Assembly: GCA_037189965.1 (NCBI GenBank)
Contig: JBBCKB010000006.1
Span: forward strand, 13,926 to 77,925
Direction of reading: 5' to 3'
From: Chthoniobacteraceae bacterium
GTDB taxonomy: Bacteria > Verrucomicrobiota > Verrucomicrobiia > Chthoniobacterales > Chthoniobacteraceae
Length of the DNA stretch: 64,000 bases
Position 1 is the stretch's first letter, and the number at the start of each line of letters is the position of its first letter. Below the pieces are notes generated by a model, which saw only the letters and a program-made list of their open reading frames with translations, made no database searches and was not told where the DNA came from. A program made the translations under genes and the position numbers. Shown here one piece after another: positions 20,956 through 29,873 of this stretch.

Positions 20956-21025
20956 GTGAGCTGTAGAGCGTCTTTGTGAGACGGCACTCCAACCCCATGG
21001 CGCCTCACAGAGACGCCCTACAATT
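20956..21025 (-). repeat. REPIN-like element, unit D (one stem partly decayed)
   Basis: GTGAGCTGTAGAGCGTCTTTGTGAGACGGCACTCCAACCCCATGGCGCCTCACAGAGACGCCCTACAATT, between convergent lon and lysR. Confidence 0.85.
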
Positions 21026-21069
21026 CCCAACCCTCACACCGAACTTTCAAACGATCTATCGTAGTGAGA

Positions 21070-21957
21070 CTATGCCTTGCCGAGCCCGTCTTGCAGCAGC
21101 TCCAGAAACTCGCGTAGCGCCGGGGTGCGGGGCCGGTTGCGCTTGAGGAGGATGCCAATGGGCCGCCGCAGCGGGGGGTCCAGCGGGATGGCCCGCAACG
21201 CGCCCCCGCTCACCTCCGAGCGCACACTGGCCCGGGGGACGATGGAGATCCCCTGCTCGATCTCCACGGCGCGTTTCACGGTCTCAATATTATCAAACTC
21301 CAGCGCATGCCCCAGCGCCACCCCGTGCTCGCGGAAGTGCCGGTCGATCGATTGGCGGGTGGGCAAGTCGGGGTCAAAGGCGATAAAGCGCTCGTTTTTG
21401 AGCTCGCGCGGGTGCACCCGCTCGTGGTCTGCCAGCGCATGCGTGGGCGGGCAGATGAGGACGAGCTCATCGTCCATAAACGGCTCGACATGGATCCCCT
21501 TGCGCTGCGCCGGGTAGGCGACGAGGCCGAGGTTGGCCTCTCCCCCCAGCACCTGCGCATAGACTTGCGCCGAACGGCGGTAGGAAATCTTGACCTCCAC
21601 CTCCGGGTAGCGCCGGCGAAACTCCTTCAAATACGGCGGCAAATCGTGCAGACCGATGGAATAGACCGCCGCGATGTTGAACTCCCCCGCCACCACATCG
21701 GCCAGCTCGTGGAAGCGCTCGTCCAACCCATCATAGATGGAGAGCATCTCGCGGGCGGCCTCCAGCAGTACGGCCCCCTCGGGCGTCACACAGCACTGGC
21801 GGCGCCCTCGCTCCAGCAGCGTGCGGCCCAGCTTCTTCTCCAAAGAGAGAATCTGTTGACTCACTGCGCTCTGTGTCATGGAATTGAGCTCCCCCGCCTT
21901 GGAGAAACTGGCGGTCTCGACTACATCGCAGAAGATTTTGAGCGTCTCGATGTGCAT
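21070..21957 (-). CDS. LysR-family transcriptional regulator
   Basis: MHIETLKIFCDVVETASFSKAGELNSMTQSAVSQQILSLEKKLG HTH. 295 aa. Track ORF trimmed to ATG at 21957. Confidence 0.85.
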   Translation of the reverse strand: MHIETLKIFCDVVETASFSKAGELNSMTQSAVSQQILSLEKKLGRTLLERGRRQCCVTPEGAVLLEAAREMLSIYDGLDERFHELADVVAGEFNIAAVYSIGLHDLPPYLKEFRRRYPEVEVKISYRRSAQVYAQVLGGEANLGLVAYPAQRKGIHVEPFMDDELVLICPPTHALADHERVHPRELKNERFIAFDPDLPTRQSIDRHFREHGVALGHALEFDNIETVKRAVEIEQGISIVPRASVRSEVSGGALRAIPLDPPLRRPIGILLKRNRPRTPALREFLELLQDGLGKA

Positions 21958-22017
21958 AGGACGTAAATTAACAAATCTAATAGCCAACCTCTCACCCGTC
22001 AACGCGCCTTTTACATT

Positions 22018-22737
22018 ATGAGTGACTCGTTTGCCTCTCGTTTGGACCAGATCTCCCAAACCCTCTCCGCTGCCGCCGACCGGGTGGGGCGCTCGGCGAG
22101 CGAAGTCACCCTCGTGGCCGTAAGCAAGAGCCACCCGCCCGAGGCGCTCACAGAGGCATTGGAAGCGGGCCAAACGCTCTTTGGCGAAAACCGGGTGCAG
22201 GAGGCGCGGGCCAAGGCGGCGCTGCTCCCCTCCCGAGCGCGGTGGCACCTCATCGGCCATTTACAGAGCAACAAGGTGCGGCAGACGCTGCCGCTTTTCG
22301 AGTGCATCCAGAGTATCGATTCGCTGGCGCTGGCCACGGAGGTCAACCGCGTGGCGGCGGAGCTGGGGCTCTTCCCCCGGGTGTTATTGGAAGTCAACGT
22401 CGCGGGCGAGGGGACGAAGTTCGGTTTCAGCCCCGAGCGGCTCCATGGCGACATGGAGGAGCTGCTGGCGCTGGATCGGCTTGCCATCGAGGGGGTGATG
22501 GCGATCCCCCCCTACTCGCCGGAGCCGGAGGATTCGCGCCGCTACTTCGCCGCCCTGCGCGAGTGCCGCGACAAGGTGAGCGAAGCCTTCCGCGTGCCCC
22601 TGCCCGAGCTTTCCATGGGCATGAGCCACGACTTTGCCGTGGCTGTGGAGGAGGGGGCCACTTATGTGCGCGTCGGCACCGCGCTTTTTGGCGAGCGCAA
22701 GGGCAAGACGTGGAAGCCGGAAGGCCCCACTCCCTGA
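22018..22737 (+). CDS. yggS: YggS-family pyridoxal-phosphate homeostasis protein
   Basis: VTLVAVSKSHP, FGENRVQE, HLIGHLQSNKV, ELSMGMSHDF, VRVGTALFG. Confidence 0.9.
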   Translation: MSDSFASRLDQISQTLSAAADRVGRSASEVTLVAVSKSHPPEALTEALEAGQTLFGENRVQEARAKAALLPSRARWHLIGHLQSNKVRQTLPLFECIQSIDSLALATEVNRVAAELGLFPRVLLEVNVAGEGTKFGFSPERLHGDMEELLALDRLAIEGVMAIPPYSPEPEDSRRYFAALRECRDKVSEAFRVPLPELSMGMSHDFAVAVEEGATYVRVGTALFGERKGKTWKPEGPTP

Positions 22738-22802
22738 ACCGCGCCCGGAATGCTCATTGCCGAACGAGGGGCGATGTGGTGTTATCGCTTCGTTTACCTT
22801 AC

Positions 22803-24812
22803 ATGCAGCAAAGCACGAAATCGAAGGTCGCTCCATCGCCACCTGCGGCGCGCCCTTCCTTCAGCTACCGCCCGGAGATTGATGGGCTGCGAGCCATCGC
22901 GGTTCTGGCGGTTCTGTTTTGCCACGCCGGGCTGGGGTTCTCCGGAGGGTATGTCGGAGTCGATGTCTTTTTCGTCATCTCGGGCTACCTGATCACCTCG
23001 CTTCTCATTCGCGATCTCGAAGCCGGGAAGTTCTCGCTCGTCCATTTTTGGGAACGGCGCATCCGGCGCATCGTGCCTGCTCTGGCGGCAACGCTTTTGG
23101 TAACGCTGGTGCTGGGGTGGTTTCTCCTCTTTTCCGGCGACCTTGTCCGGCTGGCAAAATCGACCCTCGCCGTGGTCGGCATGGCCTCCAACCTCTATTT
23201 CAGAACGCAGAGCGGCTATTTTGACGGCGCGGCAAAGGAGCGGCCGCTTCTGCATACCTGGTCGCTCTCGGTGGAGGAGCAGTTTTACCTCATCCTTCCG
23301 GTGGGGCTCTTCCTCTTCTACTTCTGCATGAAGCGCCGGGGCTGGCGTCGAGGGTTGCTGCCGATGCTGCTGCTCGCGGCGGCAGCCAGTCTCCTGATGT
23401 CCATTTGGGCCGTAAGGGCGGACAAACTCGTTGGCGCGTACTACCTGCTCCCCTCGCGCGCGTGGGAAATGCTGATGGGGTCGGTGCTGGCTTGCCTGCC
23501 GGCAGTAGCCGCCCCGACTTCCCGGTGGGCTCGCGAGGCATCCTCATGGGCTGGAGTGGGGATGATCCTCATCGCCTCATGGGTCTACACCGAAGCGACG
23601 CCTTTCCCCGGCCTCGCCGCGATTCCGCCCTGCCTCGGAGCCGCTCTGATTATTTGGGGCAACACCCCCTCCCGCGAAGGAGGGGCAACCACCTTCTGCT
23701 CGCGCGTGCTCGCCTCCAAACCGATGCTGGGGATCGGGCTGATCTCCTATTCGCTCTACCTATGGCATTGGCCTCTCTATGCGTTCGGGCGCTATCTGGG
23801 GGTTGACCAACTGGGCCTCCGCGTGGCGCTGGTGCCCCTCTCATTCCTGCTTGCCATCCTCTGCTGGAAGTATGTGGAGCAGCCGGTGAGGGAGAAGCGG
23901 ATCTTCGGGTCGCGCCGGAGCTTGTTTACGTTTTTCTTCTGTTCCACGGCGTTCTTTGTCCTGGCTGGCCTCAGCCTGATCTATTGGAACGGCGTGCCCC
24001 AACGCCTAAAGGGCAGTTTGGCGTTCAATGACCAGATTATCTCCCGTGAGGAAGCGCGGCTCCGGGCCTTTAATGAGGCAAAAGACGGGCTCGGGTTGAC
24101 GGAACGGGTCGAGGAGCTCGCCAAGAAGCATACCTACCCGGAAATCGGCCTGCGTGGCGCGCCGCCAACCGTCTTCGTATGGGGAGACAGCCAAGGCATG
24201 GTCATTGCCCCTTTGATGGATGCGCTTCTCAAAGAGGCCAACCTCGGCGGGCAGGTCGCGGCTTTTGGCGGCATTCCGCCCCTCCTCCGGATTGATGGGA
24301 TGAGCCGCCCGGGGAGCCAGGTGGTTTCCGAGATCGTCCTCCAATACATTGAGCAGCACCCTACGATTAAAGACGTCCTCCTGACGGCGTGGTGGTCTGC
24401 CCGCATGGAGCATCGCCCCGAGGTTTTCAGTAGCGGATTTCAGGAAACGATCGAGCGTTTGCAGAAGAGCGGCCGCACGGTTTGGCTTCTTAAGGAAACT
24501 CCCAATTCGGAGTTCAACATCCCCCGCAAAGTGGCCCACTCCGGCTTTAGTTCTGACAGGAGTTGGCGCCTCACGGTGAGCGATTACCGGGCTAAAACTC
24601 GCGAGGTCGAGCGCGTCTTTGTCAAGTACCCGGCCGTCCGCTTTATCGACCCGCTGCCGGCATTCATGATCCCCGGCAGCCAGGAGCTACGAGTTGAGGT
24701 AGACGGCATCTCCCTCTACAGCGACCACCTCCACCTGACGAAGGAGGGGGCCGAGCAGCTACTCTTGCCGACGCTCAAGGCGGCGCTACTCCCGGCTTTG
24801 AGAGGGGAGTGA
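22803..24812 (+). CDS. Acyltransferase family 3 membrane protein with C-terminal SGNH domain (OafA/OatA-like O-acetyltransferase)
   Basis: RPEIDGLRAIAVLAVLFCHAGLGFSGGYVGVDVFFVISGYLIT, multi-TM, C-terminal VFVWGDSQG SGNH block. ATG 22803 within the 856-aa track ORF. Confidence 0.85.
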   Translation: MQQSTKSKVAPSPPAARPSFSYRPEIDGLRAIAVLAVLFCHAGLGFSGGYVGVDVFFVISGYLITSLLIRDLEAGKFSLVHFWERRIRRIVPALAATLLVTLVLGWFLLFSGDLVRLAKSTLAVVGMASNLYFRTQSGYFDGAAKERPLLHTWSLSVEEQFYLILPVGLFLFYFCMKRRGWRRGLLPMLLLAAAASLLMSIWAVRADKLVGAYYLLPSRAWEMLMGSVLACLPAVAAPTSRWAREASSWAGVGMILIASWVYTEATPFPGLAAIPPCLGAALIIWGNTPSREGGATTFCSRVLASKPMLGIGLISYSLYLWHWPLYAFGRYLGVDQLGLRVALVPLSFLLAILCWKYVEQPVREKRIFGSRRSLFTFFFCSTAFFVLAGLSLIYWNGVPQRLKGSLAFNDQIISREEARLRAFNEAKDGLGLTERVEELAKKHTYPEIGLRGAPPTVFVWGDSQGMVIAPLMDALLKEANLGGQVAAFGGIPPLLRIDGMSRPGSQVVSEIVLQYIEQHPTIKDVLLTAWWSARMEHRPEVFSSGFQETIERLQKSGRTVWLLKETPNSEFNIPRKVAHSGFSSDRSWRLTVSDYRAKTREVERVFVKYPAVRFIDPLPAFMIPGSQELRVEVDGISLYSDHLHLTKEGAEQLLLPTLKAALLPALRGE

Positions 24813-24818
24813 TGCTTT

Positions 24819-24985
24819 TAGAGCGTTTTTGAGTTATCTGGTTACACGCTTTGCGGCGGCGCGGGTCGTTGTCCGGCCCTTCAAGCTTGGGCAGTATTGA
24901 AAATACAGCCGCTGCGCTTGAAAAGCCGGGCACCAACCCACGGCGCTCGCAAATCATTGTAAACACTTAACTCAAAAGCGCTCTA
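24819..24985. repeat. 167-bp element bounded by 18-bp inverted repeats (element X)
   Basis: TAGAGCGTTTTTGAGTTA (24819-24836) pairs with TAACTCAAAAGCGCTCTA (24968-24985) at 17/18. The interior carries a REP-core-like CACCAACCCACGGCGC. Confidence 0.8.
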
Positions 24986-25201
24986 GCTCCGCTTGCTGAA
25001 GATGCGCAACTGTGCGGCCTCTTTCTCCAGCGCCTCCAGGCGCTCCAGCGTGGCGGCCTGCGCTCTGAGCAGGGCATCCTGAGCCGCGCGGATCTCGGCG
25101 AGCACCACTTCCGGCGGCTTCGGCACCGGGGCTTGCGAATGAAGGGGCCCCCCGCTGGCAAGCAGGAGCCCCACAATGGCGAGGGTGGAAAGTGTTTTCA
25201 T
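24983..25201 (-). CDS. Small secreted coiled-coil protein (72 aa), hypothetical
   Basis: Signal peptide MKTLSTLAIVGLLLASGG followed by a heptad-like Ala/Leu/Glu-rich helix. The start ATG overlaps the stop of the upstream paralog (ATGA). Confidence 0.5.
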   Translation of the reverse strand: MKTLSTLAIVGLLLASGGPLHSQAPVPKPPEVVLAEIRAAQDALLRAQAATLERLEALEKEAAQLRIFSKRS

Positions 25202-25464
25202 TTCGGCGCTGGCCCTCCTCTCCCCGCGCGGGCGGCATAGAGCCGGGCCTGGCGGACGTTTTCGGCGATCTGGGCGAGCCGCTCATCGACGACCTTCTGG
25301 TTCTCCACCAGTTGCTTGCTTTGCACAGCGAGGTCGTTGATCAGCGCCGTCAAATCCGGTGGGGCGGAATCGTACTGGCCGGAGCTCGGCCTCGGGCTGG
25401 CAAACGTGAGGAGGAGGACCGCCCCTCCCAACACCGCCACTGCGGGGAACGCGCGCGATTTCAT
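25198..25464 (-). CDS. Small secreted coiled-coil protein (88 aa), hypothetical; paralog of 24983-25201
   Basis: Signal peptide MKSRAFPAVAVLGGAVLLLTFA. Collinear with its neighbour at PP(D/E), ERL and Q-x-R-(L/I)-(Y/F)-x-x-R. This is the only credible part of the 600-aa antisense track ORF. Confidence 0.5.
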   Translation of the reverse strand: MKSRAFPAVAVLGGAVLLLTFASPRPSSGQYDSAPPDLTALINDLAVQSKQLVENQKVVDERLAQIAENVRQARLYAARAGRGGPAPK

Positions 25465-25593
25465 AAGTTGGAATAAAGTAGCCCGTTCCATGCCACCCGC
25501 GCCAGCCAAACCTGCCCGGGTGGAAAAATTTTCCAGCCATGTGGCGTGGATTCTGCTTGCTGCTGGGGGCAGGGAGGCTACCTTCAGAGGGGA

Positions 25594-26994
25594 ATGGCCG
25601 GAATGCAACAGGTCCAGAATCTCTCCATGCAGCAGGCGCTGGCCCCCCAGCTTCAGCAGAGCCTGCAGATCCTCCAAGCGCCGATGCTGGAGCTGCGCGC
25701 CCTCATCGCCGCGGAGCTGGCGGTCAACCCCGTCGTCGAGGAGGAGCGCACCGAGCCGAGTCTCGAAGACAAGCAACGGGAGATGGAGGAGTTCCAACAA
25801 GAGTTTGAGCACCTCGCCCGGCTCGATGACGAATGGCGCGATTTCATGTCGCAAAGCGCCGCCTACTCCGCCCGTTCGCAGGAAGAGGAAGAGCGCCGCC
25901 AGTTTTTCTTTGATTCGCTGGTCAACCAGGAAACACTCCAGCAACACCTCATTGATCAGCTCCAGACGAGCGACCTCCCCCCCGCAGACCAGAAGGTGGC
26001 CGAGCTGATCATCGGAAACCTGGATGATACCGGCTTCCTCCAGGCCTCCCCGGCGGAGATGGCGCAAAACACCGGCGTGGATGAGGCGGATCTCGAGCGC
26101 GTCCTCGAAATCGTGCAGAGCTTCCACCCCGTCGGCGTGGGCGCGAGAGATCTGCGGGATTGCCTGCTCATCCAGCTCCGGCGGCTCGGCAAAGAGGGGA
26201 GCATGGAGTATCGCATCATCTCCAAACACCTGGATGATCTTGGCAAACGCCGCTTCCCCGAGATCGCCCGCAAGCTGGGCACCACCGTCGAGCAAGTGCA
26301 GAAGTGCGCCAACTTCATCGCCACGCTCGACCCCAAGCCCGGCCAACTTTTTAGCGCCGCGCCAAGCCAGTACGTCGTCCCCGACGTCGCCGTGGAAAAA
26401 GTGGGCGATGAGTGGATCATCACCCTCAATGGAGACCAGATCCCCCGGCTGCGCATCTCCAACACGTACAAGGACATCATGTCGCAGGATGGCAACCCAA
26501 GCGAAGTGCGCGACTACATTCGCGACAAGATCCGCAGCGGCAAATTCCTCATCAAGAGCATCCACCAGCGGCAGCAGACGATCTCCAACATCGCCCATGA
26601 AATCGTGGCACGGCAGCACGAATTTTTCGAAAGCGGCCCCACCGCCCTTCGGCCGATGACGATGGTGCAGGTGGCTGATGCCGTCGGCGTGCATGAGACC
26701 ACCGTCTCCCGCGCCATCTCGGGCAAATACATCTCCACCCCGTGGGGCGTGTTTGACATGAAGTACTTCTTCACCCCCGGCTACCAGACTTCCGATGGCG
26801 AGGTAATGAGCAACACCAGCGTCAAAAACGCGATTGGCGAGCTTGTGAAAGGCGAAGACACCCGCAGCCCCCTCTCCGACAAAGAGATTGTGGATATCCT
26901 CACCGAGCGCGGCATCCCCATCGCCCGTCGCACCGTGGCCAAATACCGCGCCGAGCTGGGCATCCTCCCCAGCAACATGCGCAAGAGCTACTGA
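25594..26994 (+). CDS. rpoN: RNA polymerase sigma-54 factor
   Basis: Region I MQQALAPQLQQSLQILQAP, HTH VHETTVSRA and RpoN box ARRTVAKYR. ATG 25594 chosen (ORF open from 25546). Confidence 0.93.
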   Translation: MAGMQQVQNLSMQQALAPQLQQSLQILQAPMLELRALIAAELAVNPVVEEERTEPSLEDKQREMEEFQQEFEHLARLDDEWRDFMSQSAAYSARSQEEEERRQFFFDSLVNQETLQQHLIDQLQTSDLPPADQKVAELIIGNLDDTGFLQASPAEMAQNTGVDEADLERVLEIVQSFHPVGVGARDLRDCLLIQLRRLGKEGSMEYRIISKHLDDLGKRRFPEIARKLGTTVEQVQKCANFIATLDPKPGQLFSAAPSQYVVPDVAVEKVGDEWIITLNGDQIPRLRISNTYKDIMSQDGNPSEVRDYIRDKIRSGKFLIKSIHQRQQTISNIAHEIVARQHEFFESGPTALRPMTMVQVADAVGVHETTVSRAISGKYISTPWGVFDMKYFFTPGYQTSDGEVMSNTSVKNAIGELVKGEDTRSPLSDKEIVDILTERGIPIARRTVAKYRAELGILPSNMRKSY

Positions 26995-27262
26995 TGACAA
27001 CCTGACCTCGAACAGGTTACGCAGCTATAGAAGAAGCGATTCAAGGCGATCTATTTGACATCGCCGCGGCGGATGCCTTCACACAGGCCCCAGCGTTTTC
27101 TCGCCGGACGCCCGCGTATTGGCCCGGCTACCGCGCTGATCTTTCCGGAAATTGACGACATCCCCATTCCCGCAGAACCGAATCAACGGTTTCAGGCAAT
27201 GATCGCCATTGCCGGAAGGCGAATGGACGGCGTGTCTATTTCCCGCCGGGATGCCGGAAAAC

Positions 27263-27330
27263 GTGAACTGTAGGGCGTCTCTGTGAGACGCCGTGGGGTT
27301 GGACCGCCGTCTCACAGAGACGGCCTACAG
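27263..27330 (+). repeat. REPIN-like element, unit E
   Basis: GTGAACTGTAGGGCGTCTCTGTGAGACGCCGTGGGGTTGGACCGCCGTCTCACAGAGACGGCCTACAG. The best-preserved copy. Confidence 0.92.
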
Positions 27331-27364
27331 TTGCCCGCTTTCGCATCGAACCGGCAAATCATCC

Positions 27365-27442
27365 CTAGGGCGTGTCTGTGAATTTAAATGAAAGGCGATT
27401 AAAAGCCCCCTTTTGGCCTCAAAATTCGTAGACACGCCCTAG
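27365..27442. repeat. 78-bp hairpin element with REP-like 13-bp arms and an AT-rich loop (element Z)
   Basis: CTAGGGCGTGTCT (27365-27377) pairs with AGACACGCCCTAG (27430-27442) at 13/13. Additional GAATTT/AAATTC pairing extends the stem. The loop is unusually AT-rich. Confidence 0.8.
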
Positions 27443-28635
27443 AGGAGCGCACTACGCAGGAAGGCGAGGGCGGCGGTTTGCATTTCGGCGTTAAAGCAGT
27501 GGCCGGTTTCGTAAAGGAGGCTCCCCAAGTGGGGCTCCGCGCCGGCGCGCTCCCAAACGTTGCGTAGGAAATGGTGCAACTGCGCCATTCCGGCGGGCTG
27601 GAGCATCGGGTCTGCCCAGCCGCTGATGGCAAGGTACGGCTTGGGGGCCGCAAGGGCGGGGAGGTCGGCAAGGTCAAACCTCCGGTAGAAGCCGGGCGGC
27701 AAGGCAAAGAAACCGAGCGCGCCACCGAGGTTGTAAGGGAAGACGCCCTCCAGCGTGCTTACCCAGCAGACGCTGACGGCGGCGCGGATGCGCGGCTCCA
27801 GCGCGGCAAGGTAGTTGGTGCGGAAGGCTCCGAAGGAAAGACCGAGGCAGCCGATGCGGTCGGCATCCACATCGGCCCGGGTGGCAAGGTAGTCGAGGGT
27901 GCGCAGGTCGTCTGTGACCACCAGCGCGGGGGTGGAGTACCCGAGCGTGAGGAGGGCGCGGGAGAGCAACGCATCGTTCTGGATGCGCGAGGGGAGGTGC
28001 CCGGGGGCATCGGGCCCGTGCCGCCACGCCTCAAAGTCGGCCCCTTTCTCCAGAGCCTCCTGCGAGCGGAGGCCGAAGCCGATGGCATCAATGGCGATGG
28101 AGAGGAACCCGGCCCGGGCCAGCTCGGCCTGGAGGGAGCGCCCGTCATAATACTTCTGCCGGTATGCGGTGAGCGAGGCGGGCTCGCCCGCATGGGCCAG
28201 GAGCTTTTCGCGGCCAAAGAGTTCGTACCCGCCCATGCTGTGGAGGGCGAGGAGGGCGGGGTGCCGCTCGGCCCCGTTGCGTGGGATGACGACGGTGGCC
28301 CGGACGCGCAGCGGCGGGGTGAGGGTGATCTCGACTTCCTCGACGGTGTAATCTGCCTCTTCCCACTGGCGCAGGAGGCGCGGCTCCGAGGGTTGCCCGA
28401 GGCAACCGGGCAGGAGCAGAGCTTCGCGCAAGGTTTGCACCCCTTCGGCCTGCCACTCAGCGAAGTCGCGCTCCGGGTGGTGGTAGAGGGAGCTGGCAAA
28501 CGACCCCGTATGCCGCTCGACAAAGGCGGGCGGCAGCAGGCCGGGGAACTCGTACGGCTCGCGCCACTCCTCCAGCCGGGCGGCCAGCTCGGCATCCGGG
28601 GTGCGGAAATCCGGGGTGCGGAAGGCGGTGCTCAA
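27439..28635 (-). CDS. Alpha/beta hydrolase (acetyl-xylan-esterase / dienelactone-hydrolase-like)
   Basis: 398 aa. Nucleophile elbow CLGLSFGAF (G-x-S-x-G) and a late His region ETGHCF. The stop codon lies in the right arm of element Z. Confidence 0.6.
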   Translation of the reverse strand: MSTAFRTPDFRTPDAELAARLEEWREPYEFPGLLPPAFVERHTGSFASSLYHHPERDFAEWQAEGVQTLREALLLPGCLGQPSEPRLLRQWEEADYTVEEVEITLTPPLRVRATVVIPRNGAERHPALLALHSMGGYELFGREKLLAHAGEPASLTAYRQKYYDGRSLQAELARAGFLSIAIDAIGFGLRSQEALEKGADFEAWRHGPDAPGHLPSRIQNDALLSRALLTLGYSTPALVVTDDLRTLDYLATRADVDADRIGCLGLSFGAFRTNYLAALEPRIRAAVSVCWVSTLEGVFPYNLGGALGFFALPPGFYRRFDLADLPALAAPKPYLAISGWADPMLQPAGMAQLHHFLRNVWERAGAEPHLGSLLYETGHCFNAEMQTAALAFLRSALL

Positions 28636-28647
28636 GCGAAGGGCGAC

Positions 28648-29742
28648 TTAGCTGATGCGCATCGGCATCAGCAGGTAGAGGAACGGCCCGGGGATCTTGA
28701 TGACGCCGGGGCTCATTTCATCAATGAGGTCGAGGAAGATTTCGTCTTCCGCGAGGTTCTTGAGCGGCGCCATGAGGAACTCGGGGTTGAAGGCGATGGC
28801 AAGGTCGCGCCCTTTGTAGGCGATGGCGAGCTCTTCGCGGGCCTCACCAACGTCCGGCGTGTTGGCGACGATGGTGAGGTTGTTTTTGGCGAAGACGAGC
28901 TTCACGGAGTTGCTCTTTTCGCTGGCGAGCAGGGCGACGCGGTGGACGGCGTTGTAGAACGCCTCGCGCTCCAGGGTGACGCGTTCTTTGACTTCGCCGG
29001 GGATGGCCTGCCGGTAGTTCGGGTAGTTCCCCTCGATGAGCTTGGAGACAAGGAAGACGCCGTTGAGCTCAAAGGCGATCTGGTTTTCGCCGATGCTCAC
29101 GCGCACTTCGCCCTCATCGCTCAGTAGGCGGACCAACTCGGAGACGGCTTTGCTGGGGATGATGACCTCTGTCTCATGGCTGCGGGGGAACTCGAGCTCG
29201 ATGTCGACGAGCGCCAAGCGGCGGCCATCGGTGGCGACGAGGGTAAATTTGTTTTCCTTGAACGAGCAGAGAACGCCGTTGAGGACGTAGCGCGTCTCAT
29301 CGGTGGAGATGGCGTAGGCGGTCTTGCGCAGGCCGTCGCGGAGATCTTTCTGCCGGATGTTGAAGGTCTTGGCGTTCTCAAACTTCGGCAGAGGGGGGAA
29401 TTCCTCCTCGGGCAGGCCGTACATTTTGAAGAAGCTCTGCCCGCTGCGGATGGAGGCGACGTTTTTCGAATCGACCTCGACGGTGATTTCGTTGGCCGGA
29501 AGCTCGCGGGCGATGGTGGCCAGACGCCGGGCGGGGAGCGTGGTGCCTCCCGTTTTTTCGACGTGGGCTTCCACCCCGTAGCGGATGCCGACATCCAGAT
29601 CGGTGGTGGTAAACTGAAGGCCGCTCTCCCCGGCCTGAACGAGGACGTTGGAAAGGATCGGGAGCGTGGTGCGGGTGCTGACGACGTTCTGGACGGTCTG
29701 CAGCCCTTCGAGGAGCTTCTCTTTGCTGACGCTGAACTTCAT
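28648..29742 (-). CDS. dnaN: DNA polymerase III beta sliding clamp
   Basis: MKFSVSKEKLLEGLQTVQNVVSTRTTLPILSNVLV..., 364 aa, immediately downstream of dnaA. Confidence 0.93.
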   Translation of the reverse strand: MKFSVSKEKLLEGLQTVQNVVSTRTTLPILSNVLVQAGESGLQFTTTDLDVGIRYGVEAHVEKTGGTTLPARRLATIARELPANEITVEVDSKNVASIRSGQSFFKMYGLPEEEFPPLPKFENAKTFNIRQKDLRDGLRKTAYAISTDETRYVLNGVLCSFKENKFTLVATDGRRLALVDIELEFPRSHETEVIIPSKAVSELVRLLSDEGEVRVSIGENQIAFELNGVFLVSKLIEGNYPNYRQAIPGEVKERVTLEREAFYNAVHRVALLASEKSNSVKLVFAKNNLTIVANTPDVGEAREELAIAYKGRDLAIAFNPEFLMAPLKNLAEDEIFLDLIDEMSPGVIKIPGPFLYLLMPMRIS

Positions 29743-29873
29743 AGAGGAGGAGGCGGGGTAAAGGTTCCGGCGGCCTGCCGGTGCCCACCCCCGTGCCTTG
29801 GGCTGCGGGGGTGGTGTTGGCCGATCATGGCAAGGCTGTCTTTAGTGTCAAGAAGACGCACCCGGAAAAAACA

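Noticed and set aside
27055-27273. 72-aa ORF downstream of rpoN (MTSPRRMPSHRPQRF...). I considered it as an hpf replacement or a decayed PIN-type toxin, because of ...AMIAIAGRRMDGVSISRRD.
   Set aside because: It has no RBS, no convincing motif and Arg/Pro-rich composition, and the similarity to VapC C-termini is too weak to claim. It ends inside REP unit E. At most it is a gene remnant.
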